Source: Chiloscyllium plagiosum (taxonomy: Eukaryota). From it: a DNA stretch of 64,000 nt. The position numbers and the translations under genes are program-made. Shown here one piece after another: positions 49,414 to 61,955 of this stretch (position 1 is the first letter of the stretch; each line of letters opens with the position of its first letter). The DNA lies in assembly GCF_004010195.1 (NCBI RefSeq), contig NC_057719.1, forward strand, positions 43,502,619 through 43,566,618. Reading direction: 5' to 3'. The notes beneath the pieces are model-generated. The model was given only the letters and a program-made list of their open reading frames with translations. It searched no databases and was not told the origin of the DNA.

Positions 49414-52400
49414 AGAGTCATAGAGATGTACAGACCCTTCGGTTCAACGCATTCATGTTGACCAAATCTAGTCCCATTTGCTAGCACTTGGCCCATATCC
49501 CTATAAACCCTTCCTACTCATATTCCAATCCAGATGTGTTTTAAAATGCTGCAATTGTACCAGCATCCACTTCTTCCTCTGGCAGCTCATTCCATACACT
49601 CATAACCCTCTGGGTGAAAACGATGGCCCTTAGGTCCCTTTTAAATCTTTCCCCTCTCACCCTAAACCTATGCCCTCTAGTTCTGAACTTCCCCGTCCCA
49701 GGGAAAAGATCTTGTCTATTTATCCTATCCATGCTTCTCATGATTTTATAAACCTCTTTGAGGTCACCCCTCAGCCTCCGATGCTCCAGGGAAAACAGCC
49801 CCAGCATATTCAACCTCTCCCTAAAGCTCAAATCCTCCAACCCTGGCAACATCCTTGTAAATCTTTTCTGAAGCCTTTCAAGTTTCACAATATCCTTCTG
49901 ATAGGAAGGAGACCAGAATTGCACGCAATATTCCAAAAGTGGCCTAATCAATGTCCGGTACAGCCACAACATGACCTCCCAATTCCTGTACTCAATACTC
50001 TGACCAATAGAGGAAAGCATACCAAACACCTTCTTCACTATCCTATCTACCATCAACTCCACTTTCAAGGAGCTATGAACCCGAATTCCAAGGTCTCTTT
50101 GTGCAGTCCCTTACCATTAAGGTGTGTAAGTCCTGCTCTGGTTTGTTTTTTCAAAACGCAAAACCTCACATTTATCTAAATTAAACTCCATCTGCCACTC
50201 CTCAGCCCATTGGCTCATCTGATCAAGATCCCGTTGTAATCCAAGGTAACCTTCTTTGCTGTCCACTACACCTCCAATTTTGGAGTCATCTGCAAACTTA
50301 CTAACAATATCTCAATCTCATATCCAAATCATTTATATAAAATGACGAAAAGAAATGGACCCAGCACCGATCCTTGTGTCACTCCACTGGTCACAAACCT
50401 CCAATGTAAAAAACAACCCTCCACCACCACCCTCTATCTTGTACCTTTGAGCCAGTTTTGTAACCAAATGGCTAGTTCTCCCTGTATTCTATGAAATCTA
50501 ACCTTGCTAATCAGTCTCCCATGGGGAACCTTGTCGAATGCCTTACTTATAGACTACCTCTACTGCTCTGTCCTCATCAATCCTCTTTGTTACTTCTTCA
50601 AAAGACTCAATCAAGTTTGTGAGACATGATTTCCCACAAACAAAGCCATTTTGACTATCCCTAATCAGCCTTGCCTTTCCAAATACATGTACATCCTGTT
50701 CCTCAGGATTCCCTCCAACAACTTGCCCACCACGGACGTCAGGCTCACTGGTCTATAGTTCCCTGGCTTGTCCTTACCATCCTCCTTAAACAGTGGCACC
50801 ATGTTAGCCAACCTCCAGTCTTCTGGCATCTCACCTGTGACTATCGATGTTACAAATATCTCAGCAAGAGGCTCAGCAATCACTTCCCTAGCTTCCCATA
50901 GAAGTCTAGGTTACACCTGATCAGGTCCCGGGGATCTATCCACTATTAGACATCCAACACTTTCTCCTCTGTAATATGGACATTTTGCAAGGTGTCACCA
51001 TCTATTTCCATACATTCTCTATCTCTTCCATGTCCTTTTCCACAATAAACATTGATGCAAAATACCCATTTAGTATCACCCCCATCTCCTGCGGCTCCAA
51101 CAAATGCAGCCTTGCTGATCTTTGAGGAGTCCTATTCTCTCCCTAGTTAACCTTTTGTCCTTAAATGTATTTATAATATCCATTTGGATTCTCATTAGCT
51201 CTTCCCATTTTGTAGCCGTACCTTTACCTGCAAACATCTGCCCCCAGTCAGCTTTTGAATGTTCTTGCCTAATACTGTCAGAATTGGCCTTTCTCCAGTT
51301 TAGAATTTCAACTTTTAGATCTGGTCTATCCTTTTCCATCACTATTTTAAAACTAGTAGAATTATGGTCGCTGGCCTCAAAATGCTCCCCCACTGACACC
51401 TCAGTCACCTGCCCTGTCTTATTTTCCAAGAGTAGGTCAAGTTTTGTACCTTCTCTAATAGGTGTATCCACATACTGAATCAGAAAATTTTCCTGTACGG
51501 ACTTAACAAATTCCTGTCTATCTAACCCCTTAACACTACAACAGTCTCAGTCTACGTTTGGAAAGTTAAAATCTCCTACCATGACCACCCTTTTATTCTT
51601 TGGGATAACTGAAACCTCTTACAAATTTGTTCCTCAATTTCCCACTGACTATTAGGGGGTCTATAACACAATCCCAATAAGGTGATCATCCCTTTCTTAT
51701 TTCTCAGGTCCACCTGAATAACTTCCCTAAGAACAGCTGTAATGCTATCCCTTATCAAAAAAGCCAGTCCCCCTCCTCTCTTGCCTCCCTTTCTATCCTT
51801 TCTATAGCATTTGTATTCTGGAACAGTAAGCTGCCAGTCCTGTCCATCCCTGAGCCACGTTTCTGTAATTGCTATGATATCCCAGTCCCATGTTCCTAAC
51901 TATGCCAAGTTCATCTGCCTTCCCTGTTAGGCCTTTTGCATTGAAATAAATGCAGTTTATCAATCCTACTTATTCTCTGCTTTGTCCCTGCCTGCCCTGA
52001 CTGTTTGACTCGCTCCCTTTCCTAACTGTACCAGTCTCAGATTGACCTCTTTCCTCACTATCTCCCTGGGTCCCACCCCTCTATCTTACTAGTTTAAATC
52101 CTCCTGGACAGCTCAAGCAAATCTCCCTGACAGTATATTAGTCCCCCTCTAATTCAGGTGCAATCCATCCTTCTTGTCCAGGCTGCTTCTACTCCAGAAG
52201 AGATTCCATTATCTAAAAATGTGAACCCTTCTCCCATGCACCACACATTCATCTTCTCCATCCTCCTATTCCTACTCTCATTACCTCCTACGACCGGGAG
52301 TAATCCAGATATTACTACCCTTGAGGACCTCCTTTTTAAATTCCTGCCTAACTTTCTATATTCACCCTTCAGAATCTCACTGTTTTCCCTTCCTCTGTCA

Positions 52401-52712
52401 TTGGTCCCAATGTGTCAAATTACATCCTGCTGGTCCCTCTCCCCTTTGAGAACATTCTGCACGCTCCCAGAGACATCCTTGATCCTGGCACTAGGGAGGC
52501 AACACATCATTCTGATTTGTCATTGCTGGCCGCAGAACTGTCTGTCTGTGCCTCTGACTAGAGAGTCTCCTATCACAATCGATCGCATGGAACCCGACAT
52601 ACCCCTCATTACATTAAAGCCTCTCCTGATACCAGAAACCTGGCTGTTCTTGCTACCTTCCTGAGAGTCCATCACCCCCTACATTTTCCAAAGCAACATA
52701 CTTGTTTGAATT
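49414..52712 (-). mobile_element. Long degenerate CR1 LINE (ORF1 esterase remnant, APE endonuclease, RT, 3' UTR)
   Basis: ORF1 relic RSIVIGDSLVRGTDRQFCG (GDSL/SGNH esterase); endonuclease YRPPNS, LDLLL and SDHN; RT PGNYRPVSLTSVVGK and FADD; CR1 3' end. Confidence 0.93.
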
Positions 52713-53170
52713 TATTTGCAGATACATTCAGTCCATGTAACAGTTTATAAATTCCTGCTTTGGAAATAGAACCAGTCCTACACAAGATTGGAATACATAC
52801 AGACCATAACCTCACACATTTAATACATTGTCTGAGCTGCGATGTCACTTTTTTTCTACAAAACCTTAAGGTATCTCGGGAATGTGACTTGAAAGTAGTT
52901 CTGGGATTTACATATTAAGGAATTGAAACATGCAACCCATTCTAAAAGATGAAAGACTTAACTGCAATCTAGGTTTGGTCAATATATCACATCAGTTGTA
53001 TGACACAATGATCTTTTGCTATAAATTCTGTGTCCTATGATCCTGCTCCACTAGCTACCTGACGAAGGAACAGCGCTCCGAAAGCTAGTACTTCCAAATA
53101 AATTGTTGGGCTATAACCTGGTGTTGTGATTTTTAACTTTGTCCACCCCAGTCCAATACTAGCTCCTCCA
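52712..53170 (+). mobile_element. Non-autonomous PLE-family 3' part with hammerhead core
   Basis: TAC-CTGACGA-A-GGAAC(AGC)GCTCC-GAAA-GC-TA-GTA at 53056-53090; the 5' part of the same element appears to lie at about 49340-49412. Confidence 0.7.
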
Positions 53171-53644
53171 TGTCCTTTAAAAGGAGCATAAATTACAAAA
53201 TAAAAACTTTCAAAATATGCTTGAAATACCTTTCTTCCTTTAATGATCCAGTACCTGGATAGTACAGAAAAGATATTGACTGTGAAATTGCCAGTCTGTG
53301 GGGATTAACTAATCCATCTCTTGGCAATAGTTGGGGCATTATAATTCCTACAAGCACCCTAGCATAGAGAATGCAATAAATAAGTCAGGCTTCTGACTCT
53401 TAATGTTTAAATAGTGACCTTTCTAGGTAGCATACATGAAGCCACCAGCAGAGAATCCGTCACCATAACGCTAAATGATTAAAAGAAAGACTCCACAATC
53501 ACTGTCTAATCAAATGTGGCAAATAGTCACTTGGGTGAATGGCTAGAGGGTGTCTACCACTCAAACTGTACATTAGTAAAACCTGACATTTTCAGAGATT
53601 CAAGAATTTTGAAATGAGTTCTTAAAACATTTAGAAAACTTTAC

Positions 53645-53776
53645 TTTACAATAGGGCTCTCGCTCCTGAATTTCCTTCGCATCAATAAGTTTCAGGTCTC
53701 GGACTTTGTTCTGTAGTCCACGTTTATACAATGCCTTTAGTCTTGAGATTTCTTCTCGTTCAACAGCAACAATAAG
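53645..53776 (-). CDS. L2HGDH: L2HGDH exon 4
   Basis: [44 protein letters not shown]; 132 nt; acceptor attaaag, donor gtaaag. Confidence 0.97.
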
Positions 53777-54172
53777 CTTTAATTGAAAGAAAATAACATT
53801 TACAAATCAGGTGTAGCATCTAGACCTAGGAAGCCTACAAGTTAAACTACTAACTGACTCAAAAAAATTAATTTTCTGTATGAAATTGAACACAATACAA
53901 GATCATGTACAATAGTTCATTTTTGTGTTTTCCATATAAACATTTTTTCAGATTTTTTGCTCAACAATCAGAAAGTAAAAGCAGATGTTGATTATTCTCT
54001 GGATAAGAATAATTTCACCAACAATCCCAGAGGCCCTTTTCGTTCACTTTAATCTGTAACGTCTTGTTCCAATCCCAGTTTAATTTGCCACAATACTCAA
54101 GAATGTTGGCCTTGCTTGCTATGCTTACATGCTTGACCAGGTTTAAAAATGCACTTCTCTGAGTCTCCCTTG

Positions 54173-54534
54173 TGGGGCAGAAGTTTATACCCCTCAGTGG
54201 GTTTTAAGGCAAGGGGCAATTGGGTGAGCTTATAATTGCAGTATGTGGCCTGTTTGTTGCCTGCCTTGGAGTTGCCTCCCATTTTATGGGGAACAGTGGA
54301 GCTCTTGTGTGGCCAAGTATGACCATCCTGCCCATGCCCCTTTTCTAACCTGCAGTGGATAGAAGCCCACATTGTGTGACAGCTTTAGTTTCTGGCATCA
54401 GGTAACACAGGGAGTATTTTGTTTTGCAATCTCCTTTGCCAGTTGCCCAAGCCTCTGACTCATCAGGGAAGTGGTCACAATTAACTCTGGGAGCAAGGGT
54501 GGGAAAGCCCTACCACATGAAAAATTCTGCCCCA
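54173..54534. mobile_element. MITE-like element, probably PIF/Harbinger type
   Basis: 14-bp terminal inverted repeats TGGGGCAGAAGTTT / AAAATTCTGCCCCA (1 mismatch). Confidence 0.5.
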
Positions 54535-57523
54535 TGGTGACAAAAATATAGAGACAATACCCAGAGATCTGGTCTGACCAGATCACTGTTTTGTTTCATT
54601 ATGATTTGCTTTGATTTGTATTCCACTGTTTTAGCACTGTAAACTTATCATTCAAAATACTTTAAATTACATTGACTGGATGTTTCCACCATCAAGTCCG
54701 CAAAAGTTCTGTATCTTTTACAACCTCTCTCGCTTCTTCCTGCATCTTTCAGATGGCATGTATTGATCATTGTATTGGCTTGGTTTTGTCTCTATTAAAC
54801 TTCATCAAATGTTTTTAAAGTACACATGTACTTTTTACATTAAACTTTGCACCAAATATTATTTTGGCATCACCTGAAAATCCAATGAAAAATTTGTAAA
54901 TAATTCTTAGAAACAGTAGGAACCCCAGCTGATGGTTGGGCACAACCAGTCTGCCCCACCCCAAACTGACTCTTTGAACAAGTACCTATTGTTTTCTATC
55001 TTTTCCCCTATTTCTTAACCATGCTGAAGATTTATCCTCAGTCACCACATCAATGATCATAGTTAATGGCACTTGCTATAGAAGTTACCAATTTTCTGTA
55101 AGTTTAGGTACAATACATATCAAACTCATCACAGTCCACTTAGGATTTGACTAAGGACAAGTCAAGGAGGTTGAACAGGTAATGTTAACAGGGAGGGAAA
55201 TATACAATCTACATATTTATTGACTGCGCATTTCACTTGACACATGACATACACGTTGCATTGAAAGTTCCTCTACAATTTCCATTACAAAAATAACCAA
55301 CTTATTTGCAATGTTTATCAAGCTGTAGATGGAATGCTGAAAGGCATTTCCAAAATCTAATGGTGTTACCACTTGCCAGTCTCATAAAGAACCAGGTCCA
55401 CCGTCAGGGTAATTGTTATTGAACAGAGACATCACATGGTGAAAACAAAACATAGCTCTGGCTGCTGGATGTCCCTGCTGGGCAGTTTCTTCTGCAAATC
55501 TTAATCCAACAGGTTCATTGGTTTTTGTTTGTGCAAGGTAAATCAACAGACAATTTTACATTCATTTAATTTTTGAGTGAAGCAAGATTGGACAGACTGC
55601 AGGAAATAATGGACACAAATATTTAAAAAAAGAGAGAGAGGTTTAAGTAAACAGAAAGGACTTGAGAAGAACGGATACAAAAAGAGATTAAAGGCAAAAT
55701 TTTCCACTCCTTGAGTGGCACAGTCAATGGCACAAAATATGGGAAAATACAGTAAAAATAAGACAGGTCAGAATCTCAATGCTGAGAGAAGGTTTTGAAT
55801 TTTTACCTCATGGTTTAAACAGAGTTCAGAATCTCACTTGCTTTCCTGTATTTGCATCACATGTTTCATTCCTATGTAGCTTCAAATTCTTTTCCCTTCC
55901 CCTGAGAAATTAGATGGCACCAGTTCATGAGATGACTGTCAGAACAGTAACCTGACAACTGCAGCTCATCACTTGCTTCGCTCAGCTTTCATCTAGATCA
56001 GTTTCCATCACAATGTATACTGCACACTCCATGAACAGATCTTCCTCTGCTCTTCATCTAGACATCTATAAACCAACAGCCTCACTATATCATCATGTCT
56101 GCTCTTGAATCAACTCTCACACCACTTCAGCCCTTCATTCTGCAGCAAGGGATAGTTACAACTTGCATGTTTCTGCCAGATCACTGTGTGCAGGGACATA
56201 CATACATTTTGCATATCTATGGAGGATGTATCTTATGGCTCTTCACACCATTTCTTACTGCTGAGTCACTTCACACTGACTTAGAGGCTGTCAGCTTGTA
56301 TGCCTTGCATTGCTTTTTAATCACAGAGGAAGAACAGGCAGATTGTCAATGGAGTACACATGTTGATGTAGTAGGGTTCTATATAGCAATATTACTGGCC
56401 AGCAGATTACTTAGCAGACACGTTACATAAGCCTGAACCAAATGACCACTTTGGAAACTCAAAGGTGACCATTCCTTAATTGAGTCACTGTAACTACAGT
56501 CAATGAGCTCATCTGATTCCAGCCCAGGGATTGACTGCTTTCCATCAAGCACTTGGTTCTACTGGAGTCCAGGGATTCATGAATTTATCATTCAGAGATT
56601 TGGTGACTGTCGTGCCAAGCTTATCAAGTGAAACTTGTTTTTCCCCCTTCAGTTTTGCTGGGTTAAAAATCCCGGAACTCACTCCCTAATGCCATTGTGG
56701 TCCACCTACATCGAGTGAACTATAGTGGTTCAAAGACACAGCTTACCACCACGTCTTAAAGTAAACTAGAGATGGGCAATAAATGCTGGCCCAGCCAGCG
56801 ATGCCACATCCCAAGGAAGAATAGAAACAAAATAATCCACTAACATTTTATTATAACACTTGTATATGGGGGATAAAGTTAAATCCCAGCAGGCTGTACG
56901 TGCATCAACCGGAGTTGAAAAGGTAGAAGAGAAAGTCCACTGAATCAAAGGATGAAAGGTAACATTACTTTAAATACCTCAAATAAACAACAAGTTGAAT
57001 TTTCATATCTTTATTTTAGGTGTGTTGAATTTATATAGGTATCATTGGGATGAGCTCATAACGAAAATATAGCAAGAAAACCCCATAAATAGCACATTCT
57101 AATTGTACTAAATAATGCTGTGAGTGCTTTGTTGACACCTGAATAAAATGCAGACATTTTCCAGGGAATGAATTGTTTCAAATCCATCATTTATTCTGAA
57201 TGTCTATGGTCAATTGAAAGATTTTTGTCGAGTCATTGGAGTTTTTTAGACACCTAAAACTTTGAATCCTGTATGAGCATTCAATTGAACACAGCCAAAT
57301 TGATTTTGCTCCTGTAAATTTGTGTTTATTAAAGATTATAAAGCTAGCAAACTGAAAAATAGCACGTTCCTGGTGTATAGTAGATAACTGCACACAGTTT
57401 TTGATTTTCTGTCAACATATATATTAGTCATCAAGAATGTTATAATTTACATGCAAACAAATGAAAAATTGGATATACGCTAGTATTAAAATGCAGGATT
57501 TCACAACTAAAAGATATTTGAGA

Positions 57524-59180
57524 TTTTGGAGAAGATTTGTAGCTCAGGTTATGGATCCTGTTGTAAATTTGCTCACTGAGCTGGTTGATTTGTTCTCAGA
57601 CTTTTTGTGACCATGCTAGGTAAAATAATCAGTGAGCTTTCACTGAAACGTTTGTGTTCTGTCCAGCTTTCTATTCATCTGTCTTGGTTTGTTGTGGTAG
57701 GTGATTTCCGGTTTTGTTTCTGAAAGGTTGGTAAATGGGATTCAAATCTAGATGTTTGTTAACAGAGCTTTGGTTTGAATGCCAGGACTCTAGGGATTCC
57801 CATGCGTGTCTTTGTTTAGCCTGTCCCAGAATGGATGTATTGTCCCAGTTGAACTGATGTCTCTCGTTGTCTGTGTTTAAGGATACTAGTTTTAGTTGGT
57901 CATAACTTTTGGTGGTTAGTTGGTGCTCACGTATCCCGGTGGCTAGTTTCCTGCCAGTCTATCCAATGTACTGTTTGTTGTAGTCCACGCAGGGTGATTT
58001 GTATATGACGTTCATTCTGCTGGCTGTTGATATAGGGTCCTTTAAATTCATCAGGAGCTGTTTCAGTGAGGTGGTAGGTTTGTGGGCTACCATGATGCCA
58101 AGGGCCGGAGAAGTCTGGTCATCAACTCCGAGATATCTTTAATGTATGGCAGGGTGGCTAGAGTTTCTGGGCGTGTTGTGTCTTCTTGGTTAGGTCTACT
58201 GTGCAGGAATAGACGGACTGCGCTTATCAGGTACCAATTGTTCCTGAATATGTTCTATAAGTGTTTTTCATCAGCTTCTCGTAGTTCCTGGGTGCTGCAG
58301 TGTGTTGTGGCTCGTTTAAATAATGCTCTGGTGCAGCTCCATTTGTGGGTGTTGGGATGGTTGCTCCTGTAATTGAGTATCTGGTCAGTGTGTGTGGCTT
58401 TCCTGTGAACACTGGTTTGCAGCTCTCCATTGGCTTTTCATTCTACTGTGACATCTAGGAAGGGGAGTCTGTTGTTGTTCTCTTCATCTTTGGTGTACTT
58501 TATAGTGGTAAGGATCTTGTTTTATGTGTTTGTGGGCTTCTCCTAATTTGTTGTGTTTCGTGATGACAAAGGTGTCACCCAAACAGTGACCCAAAGCTTG
58601 GGCTGGATCATGGGAAGGACTGTTGGTTCTAACCTCTGCATAATGGCTTCTGCTAAGAGTCCTGATATTGGTGATCCCATAGGCGTCCCATTGATTTGTT
58701 TGTAGATCTTGTCGTTGAAGGTGAAGTGGGTTCAGAGGCACAGGTCTACTAGTTTGAGGATGCTGTCCTTGCTGTTGGAGTTGGGGCAGTCAAGCATTTG
58801 TGTCCTAGGTTCGCTTAGCAGTGAAACCAGTCTTTCTTTGGCCAGGGTGATGTTTAATGATGTGAACGGGGCCGTCACATCAAAGGAAACGATGACCTCG
58901 TTGTCCTCTACCTTGGTGTCTTTGATGATGTTAAAGAATTCCTGGGTGGAGTGGATGGAATGGATTGAGTCTTCTACGAGGTGTTTCAGTTTGCGTTGCA
59001 GTTCCTTTGCTAGTATGTATGTCGGTTACCAGGAAGTGAGACTATGGGTCTGGGGGGGGTGGAAGGGCCTTGTTTATGTACATTTGGTAATCTGTAGAAA
59101 CAGGGTGCGTTGGATCCTTCAGGTTTCATTCTTTGGAGGTCTGTCTTGTTAATTTCACCTGTCTTGTGTAGTTTCCTCAG
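57524..59180 (-). mobile_element. Penelope-like element (degenerate RT, GIY-YIG and pLTR)
   Basis: PCFYRLPNVHK..RPIVSLPG, VSFDVTAPFTS, GTPMGSPIS, a degenerate YVDD (LGDTFVI) and NVIYKSPC..YIG*TGRKLAT..EHQ. Confidence 0.9.
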
Positions 59181-59189
59181 GGATGCTGA

Positions 59190-59820
59190 GAACAGACTCA
59201 CGCCCAGTAACTCTAGCCACCCTGCCATACATCAAAGACATGTCGCAGATGATGACCATACTACTCCAGCCCCTCGGCATCATGGTAGTCTACAAACCTA
59301 CCACCACACTGAAACAGCTCATGGTGAATTTAAAGGACCCCTTCCAGCAACCAGAACAAATGTCATATACAAAATATTATGTAAGGACTGCAACAAACAT
59401 TACATTGGTCAAACAGGCAGAAACTAGCCAGCAGGATACATTAGCACCAACTAACCATCAAAAGACATGACCAACTATCACTGGTATCCATATACACAGA
59501 TAAATAAGGACAATGTTTCAACTGGGACAATACATCCATCCTGGCTCATGCTAAGCAAAGACACACATAGGTTCCTAGAGTCCTGGCATTCAAACTGGAA
59601 CTCCACCAACAAACACCTAGGTTTGGACCCCATTTACCAACCTCTCAGAAACAGAACCAGAAATGATGTCACCTACCACAACAAACAGAGACAGATAAAT
59701 AGCAAGCAGGCAGAACACCAACACTTCACCAAAGGCTCACTATTGGTATTATTTGACATGGTCACAAAACATCTGAGAACAAATCGACCAGCTCAGCAAG
59801 CAAATTTACAATCTGACTAA
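59190..59820 (+). mobile_element. Inverted copy of the Penelope-like 3' end
   Basis: ATLPYIKD..GIMVVYKP and NVIYKILCKDCNKHYIGQTGR; reverse-complement homologue of 57560-58180. Confidence 0.9.
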
Positions 59821-60000
59821 AAGATATCCTAATTCAGTAGCAGTGTGAAACTGTTACAGAGTAAGCTGTATCTCACGTTTCATAGGTAAAACCTAGGCAG
59901 ACCATTTTTAAATCAAAATTAATTTATCTCATTTCAAGATGCACTCATATATACCATACAAACAACAGTAAAGGAAACATAAAGCATTAGAAGTACTCAC

Positions 60001-60152
60001 TTTACCGCATCTTTTATAAGGGATACCTTTCTCCTCACAATATGCATAGCTTAGTTCAGCACCTCGCACACAGAGTTTGGCCTTCAAAGACCCTGGAGTA
60101 TAGTAAATTCCACTGTGAATAACCCCACTATTGTGTCCACTCTGGTGGAAAG
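60001..60152 (-). CDS. L2HGDH: L2HGDH exon 3
   Basis: (A)[50 protein letters not shown]; 152 nt; acceptor tgttcag, donor gtgagt. Confidence 0.97.
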
Positions 60153-60384
60153 CTGAACAAGATAATAATTAATTTTTGTGGCAGAAAACAAAAAGGCTAG
60201 AGTTATTTAACTAATGAATTGTTTTGTAGTACAAGGACAACAACATTTGCATCTGGCCTTTGCACTGGCATATTAAAACTAAGACTAAGGTACTGTTTAG
60301 CCCAGTTGCTGGTATTGGGCACTCATACTCAAAAATCACTTCACACATGGAGTGATTTCCTCAAAAATATTTACTAAACTACCT

Positions 60385-61153
60385 CCAAACACTGGAAAAG
60401 CAAATCAGAGCAAGGCTTAGACACTGGGAAGTGTGGCTGAACAAAGAGACCATGAAGTGCAGGTTCATAGCACTTGAAAGTGGAGTTGCAGGTAGATAGG
60501 ATAATGAAGAAGGTGTTTGGTATCCTTGCCTTTATTGGTCAGTGCATTGTGTATAGGAGTTGCGAGGTCATGTTGTAGCTGTACAGGACATTGGTTAGAT
60601 CACTTTGGAATACTGCTTGCAATTCTGGTCTCCCTGCTAAAGGACGGATGTTGTGAAACTTGAAAGGGTTCAGAAAAGATTTACAAGGATGTCGACAAGA
60701 TTTGAAAGTTTGAGCTATAAAGAGAGGCTGGGCATGTTTTTTTCTGGTGTCAGTGGCTAAGGTATGACCTTATGGAAGTTTATAAAATCATGAGGGGCAT
60801 GGATAGGATAAATAGACAAAGTCGTTTCCCTGGGGTGGGGAGTCCAAAACTAGAGGGCATAGGTTTAAGGTGAGAGGGGAAAGATTTAAAAGGGACTTAA
60901 CAGAGCAATTTGTTTCACGCAATTTGTGTGTATGGAATGATCTGCCAGTGGAAGTGGTGGAGGCTGGTACAATTACAACATTTAAAAGGCAGCTGGATGG
61001 GCATATGAAAAGGAAGGGTTTAGAGGGATATGGGCTAAATGCTGGAAAATGGGACTAGATTTATGTAGGATATCTGGTCGGCATGGACAAGTGGACTGAA
61101 GGGTCTGTTTCTGTTCTGTACAACTCTATGACTTTATGACTATGACTATGACT
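60385..61153 (+). mobile_element. CR1 LINE 3' fragment
   Basis: Same family as 4452-5351; ends in a (CTATGA)n-like tail. Confidence 0.9.
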
Positions 61154-61260
61154 TAATTTCTGTGAAAAGTAACTTCAACTTCATGTCTCAGACTGTTCAC
61201 TCATCATTTGATGACAAAGCTGGATAGCAGGTCAGTTTGCAATAGCATTTTACCAAACAG

Positions 61261-61466
61261 ACAAGCAGGGAGAACAAAGCAAGCCAGTCAGCATCAGGAG
61301 GTGGAGATGATGCCATTTCGGATGTAACCCTTCTTCAGTCCTGAAGCAGGGTTACACGTGAAATAGCGACTTCTCCACCTTCTGATGCTGCCTGGCTTGC
61401 TGTGCTCTTCCGGCATCCTGCTTGTCTACTTTGGATTCCAGCATCTGCAGTTTTTTTGTCTCTAAC
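61261..61466. mobile_element. Fold-back PLE-derived element with degenerate back-to-back hammerheads
   Basis: 15-bp TSD CAT(T/G)TTACCAAACAG (61246-61260, 61467-61481); centre CCCTTCTTCAGTCCTGAAGCAGGG. Confidence 0.75.
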
Positions 61467-61839
61467 CATGTTACCAAACAGGACAAAGAAAGATCTGCAA
61501 GTGGCTTTAAAGATTGTAGGTTGAGAGTCAGTTTCTTAAAAAAGAATTAGTGAATTGCTAGTTTTTGGGCAGGGGAGGGATAGGAAGAAGAGGAGGAACT
61601 GCCATGGCTTTTACTAACCTACTCAAAGTATAACATTAATCCTTATTTCAGGATTGATTTATCACAGGCTTGACTGCACATGGTATATAAGTACATTGCC
61701 ATCTTTGGCTCAATCACTTGAAACATATTGCATCTCTTCAACCAAGCCAACTATTTCAAAATGCAGAATTATATGGCACAGGACATGTTTAGAAGCTTGA
61801 ATTTTTGACTACTGTAGCCACTTTAATCGCAGAGTGTAC

Positions 61840-61955
61840 CCAATTCCTTTTCCTTTTCCAGTAGGATGTAGCTCAATTTCGGATGCCGACGTATAAGTTC
61901 TCGAGCAGATGCCAGTCCAACAATTCCTCCTCCAACAATGGCCACATCACAAGAA
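61840..61955 (-). CDS. L2HGDH: L2HGDH exon 2 (FAD-binding GxGxxG motif)
   Basis: (S)[38 protein letters not shown](A); 116 nt; acceptor tttatag, donor gtacac. Confidence 0.97.

Noticed and set aside
49541-52664. Intact autonomous LINE
   Set aside because: Multiple stops, frameshifts and deletions fragment ORF1 and ORF2.
60333-60358. Small hairpin AAATCACTTCA-CACA-TGGAGTGATTT
   Set aside because: An 11-bp imperfect stem is expected by chance in 64 kb of AT-rich DNA.
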